The position numbers and the translations under genes are program-made. A stretch of 64,000 nucleotides of DNA, taken from contig JBBACY010000008.1 in the NCBI GenBank assembly GCA_041656735.1, positions 4,041-68,040 of the forward strand, in the 5' to 3' direction. Each line of letters starts with the position of its first letter. Positions within the stretch are counted from its first letter, which is position 1. This DNA comes from Bacteroidales bacterium. Lineage in GTDB: Bacteria; Bacteroidota; Bacteroidia; Bacteroidales; Tenuifilaceae. Positions 61,099 to 64,000 of this stretch are shown in pieces. The notes beneath the pieces are model-generated. The model saw only the letters and a program-made list of their open reading frames with translations, had not been told where the DNA came from and made no database searches.

Positions 61099-61128
61099 GA
61101 GAGAGGGTGCTAGCTAGCACCCTCTCTC
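61099..61128 (-). terminator. Perfect 30-bp palindrome, probable terminator of the S41 peptidase
   Basis: GAGAGAGGGTGCTAG/CTAGCACCCTCTCTC; followed by TTTGTAT on the minus strand. Confidence 0.7.
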
Positions 61129-61143
61129 ATCTTTACAAAGTGT

Positions 61144-64000
61144 TTAAATGTTTTTAAGTAGTTCCTTAATAGCTACTTCGAGCTGCTCATCACGACCTTT
61201 ATCTATTTCGCCTGGCATATTTTTTACTATAATGTCGGGCACCGATTGATTGTTTTCCAACCATTCGCCCTTCATATTTTTTGCGCTAACCGGAATTGAA
61301 CCCCACATTATTTTACCATTCTGAAGCATTTCCCAGCCGGCAAAGCTACAAGTGCCTGGCACGGGCATACCAATTAGAGTTCCTATTCCTAAATCTTGGT
61401 ATCCACAGCTAAAACAATGCCCATCGCTGTAGTTTGACTCGTTTACTAGCGCAACCGAGGGTCTTGTCCAGCGGGCAAGGGGTTCGGTACCCAGTGAGCG
61501 AGTTTCAATGGCATACTCAATAAAATTTTGACCAGTTAGGAACATAGCTAAATCGCTAACCAAATCGCCTCCACCATTAAAACGAGTATCAATAATCAGT
61601 CCTTTAGTTTGGGCATATTTACCCATAGCTTTTTCGTAGGTGTTACGGTATGGTTCATCGCTCATTCCAGGAATATGAACATAACCAAGCTGTCCTTTGC
61701 TTAGACTATCCACTAGCTCCTCGTTTTGTTTTACCCATCTGTTGTAAAGTAGCGAATTTTCTTGACCTTGGCTTATGGGCTTCACTGTTATGCTAAATGT
61801 TGACCCTTGTTTTGGGTCAGTAATTTCAAGCGATGTAAATTTATTGGCTTTCTTGTCTAAAAATTTCGCAAAATCTACATCATGGGTAATTGCTTCGCCA
61901 TCAATTGATTTAATAATCATATTTGGTTTTACCTTAATATGTTCTTTATCAAGCGGACCAAACTTCATTACTTCAGCAATTTTAATACCTGCACCTTGGT
62001 AGGTATAGTCGATAAAAATACCTAACGATGCTGTTTCTGTACCATTTGGAATGCTACCGCGATAGCGTGCTCCGCTATGTGAAACGTTAAGTTCGCCAAG
62101 CATTTCCGATAGCAATTCGGTAAGTTCAAAATCGTTACCTAAAAGCGGTAGTTTTGGTTCATACTCCTCGCGAAGTTTGTCCCAAGGTGCACCGTGGTAG
62201 TCTGATATATAGAACATTGCCTTGTTACGCTTCCAAACATGATCAAACATTAGCTGGCGTTCCTCGTCAAGATTTATTGTAACTTCACCGCTTATACTAA
62301 CGGGCTTGGTAGATTTCGCCTTGAGGTCGATGGTAGATATTGCGCCGTTTGATAGCATAAAAAGGGTACTCATATCTTTGCTCCACTCAAGACTCGCCGA
62401 TCTTTCATTGAGCGGAATAATCATTTTGGTTTCATTGGTGCGAAGGTTGGTGCTCCAAAGGTTTAATCCTTTTTCGAATCGGGCAAGGTAGTATAGGGTT
62501 TCTCCATCTTTTGAGAGTACCGCATCCGAGAGGCTCGAAGAGTGAATTGTTAGGCGCTTCTTTCTGTCCTTAAGACCGTCCCAATCAATTTTTACCTGAG
62601 TTGAGTCAACTTTATCCTTATCCTCTTTATCATTCTTTTTCTTCTTCGATTTCTTGTCTGAATCTTTGTCTTTCTCCTTGTTTTTCTCTTTGTCGAGTTT
62701 CTCTATCTCTTTCCAAAGATTATAATCATCTTCGGTCATACTAAATTTATCCCAACCGTCGCGGGTAAAGAAGAGAGAGTACACATCGAGCTGCCGTGAG
62801 CTGCTGGTAGCCAGTCCACGTAGTCCGTGCCTATCGCTAAACCATAAAATTTGTTTCCCTCCGTTAACCCATTTAGCCGAGTAGTCGCCAAAGCCACTTT
62901 CGGTTAGATTTACCATCTCCTTCTTGCCGTTCACATCAATTAAAACAACCTCGCTTACCCCAAGGTTGGGCGAATATCCTGTAAGTAACCATTGGCTATC
63001 GGGACTCCAATCAAACTGCTGGCCACCATCGCTCATATAAAATAGCTCATCAGAGCCAAGAATTTCGCGTATTTGCTTGCTTTCAATATTATATATTTTT
63101 AGCGAGCGTCGGTTCTCAATAAAAGCAATCTCTTTACCGTCTGGAGATATTTTAGGTTGGTAATTGTCGTTGTTGTTGTTAATTATTTTTTCCTCAGTTA
63201 AAAGGGTAGAGGCGAAAAAGAATGGCTCTTCGTTTGTAGCCTTAGACGTTTTATAAATTCCCCAAACGCAGTTTCGCTGACTAGCATATATTATCGATTT
63301 GCCATCGGGCGAAAAGCTTATAAATCTTTCTTGCTCGGTTGTATTGGTAATGCGTTTTGTGAATTTCCCTTCAACTGATGATACGAAAACTTCGCCTCTG
63401 GCAATAAAGGCAACCTCTTTGCCATTGGGCGATACGGCCATTTCGCTAATGTTTCCGGTTATTGGGAGAATCTGTTCGTTGTTGATAAGCGACCCGCTTT
63501 GAATTTTTACATCAATTTTTTGAGGTTCGGCTCCCTGTTTTTGTGTGTATAGGTCTCCGTGGTGCGTATAGCATAGGGTTTCGTTATTGCTGATGGAGAG
63601 AAACCGTACGGGATGAAACTCGAAACTTGTTACTTGTTCAACTTTGCTTGGGTTGTTAAGGCTTAGCTTATGCACATTAAAGGTACCGTTTTGCTCGCTA
63701 AGGTAGAAAATGCTCTTGTTGTCGCTTGAAAAAACGGGGTTTCTATCTTCTCCTTCATACGAAGTAATCATTTTATGCTGATTACTCACAACATCGTAAG
63801 CCCAAATATCACGCGTAATTGCCGATGTATGATGCTTGCGCCATTCATTCTCGCCCCCTTTTTTATCCTGATAAACCATAGTTTTGCCATCGCTGCTAAC
63901 GCTAACCAATTCTGCAGGAATTGTCCAAAGCTGGTCAACTCGACCTCCACTAGCTGGCACAGTGTACACCTCGGGTTGTGAGCCTGTGGGGTATTGCCTG
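61144..64000 (-). CDS. S41-family tricorn-like protease; 5' end runs off the window
   Basis: PD40/beta-propeller repeats, PDZ-like segment, GYVHIPGM, IIDTRFNGGG, NESNYSDGH; frame stays open to position 63999. Confidence 0.93.
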   Translation of the reverse strand, partial: RQYPTGSQPEVYTVPASGGRVDQLWTIPAELVSVSSDGKTMVYQDKKGGENEWRKHHTSAITRDIWAYDVVSNQHKMITSYEGEDRNPVFSSDNKSIFYLSEQNGTFNVHKLSLNNPSKVEQVTSFEFHPVRFLSISNNETLCYTHHGDLYTQKQGAEPQKIDVKIQSGSLINNEQILPITGNISEMAVSPNGKEVAFIARGEVFVSSVEGKFTKRITNTTEQERFISFSPDGKSIIYASQRNCVWGIYKTSKATNEEPFFFASTLLTEEKIINNNNDNYQPKISPDGKEIAFIENRRSLKIYNIESKQIREILGSDELFYMSDGGQQFDWSPDSQWLLTGYSPNLGVSEVVLIDVNGKKEMVNLTESGFGDYSAKWVNGGKQILWFSDRHGLRGLATSSSRQLDVYSLFFTRDGWDKFSMTEDDYNLWKEIEKLDKEKNKEKDKDSDKKSKKKKNDKEDKDKVDSTQVKIDWDGLKDRKKRLTIHSSSLSDAVLSKDGETLYYLARFEKGLNLWSTNLRTNETKMIIPLNERSASLEWSKDMSTLFMLSNGAISTIDLKAKSTKPVSISGEVTINLDEERQLMFDHVWKRNKAMFYISDYHGAPWDKLREEYEPKLPLLGNDFELTELLSEMLGELNVSHSGARYRGSIPNGTETASLGIFIDYTYQGAGIKIAEVMKFGPLDKEHIKVKPNMIIKSIDGEAITHDVDFAKFLDKKANKFTSLEITDPKQGSTFSITVKPISQGQENSLLYNRWVKQNEELVDSLSKGQLGYVHIPGMSDEPYRNTYEKAMGKYAQTKGLIIDTRFNGGGDLVSDLAMFLTGQNFIEYAIETRSLGTEPLARWTRPSVALVNESNYSDGHCFSCGYQDLGIGTLIGMPVPGTCSFAGWEMLQNGKIMWGSIPVSAKNMKGEWLENNQSVPDIIVKNMPGEIDKGRDEQLEVAIKELLKNI

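Noticed and set aside
1-64000. Prophage, CRISPR-Cas, defence system, intact IS, rRNA or tRNA genes
   Set aside because: No integrase, transposase, capsid, cas, restriction-modification or toxin-antitoxin signatures were seen; the only tRNA-like sequence is the tmRNA end.

Overview
Bacteroidales-type chromosomal window: TAnnTTTG promoters, short RpoD-type sigma factors, T9SS genes and a Bacteroidetes tmRNA tag. Most of it is housekeeping (rho, ssrA, pckA, htpG, mltG, thrS-infC-rpmI-rplT, degP-rpoD, bamD-rpoZ-coaBC-DUF4835-recN-fabI), plus six peptidases and small two-component modules. The main finding is a ~9.4 kb block (51552-60912) bracketed by a duplicated 3' end of a SulA-like acyltransferase gene (131 bp, 9 mismatches by manual alignment). 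It carries a UbiA/MenA-family prenyltransferase and a tight 7-gene operon. That operon joins three leucine-catabolism (Liu)-type enzymes (MCC-beta carboxyltransferase, methylglutaconyl-CoA hydratase, acyl-CoA dehydrogenase) to HMG-CoA reductase and the lower mevalonate pathway, with no HMG-CoA synthase and no biotin carboxylase. This suggests an inserted, HMGS-independent leucine/isovalerate-to-isoprenoid route. Other notable items: a T9SS cargo protein with two reelin-subrepeat-like domains, a sigma-54-activator-like protein with all ATPase motifs degenerate, a frameshifted alr, a decayed kinase remnant, an ATA-start infC and several structured intergenic elements. All calls come from manual motif reading; no database searches were run.
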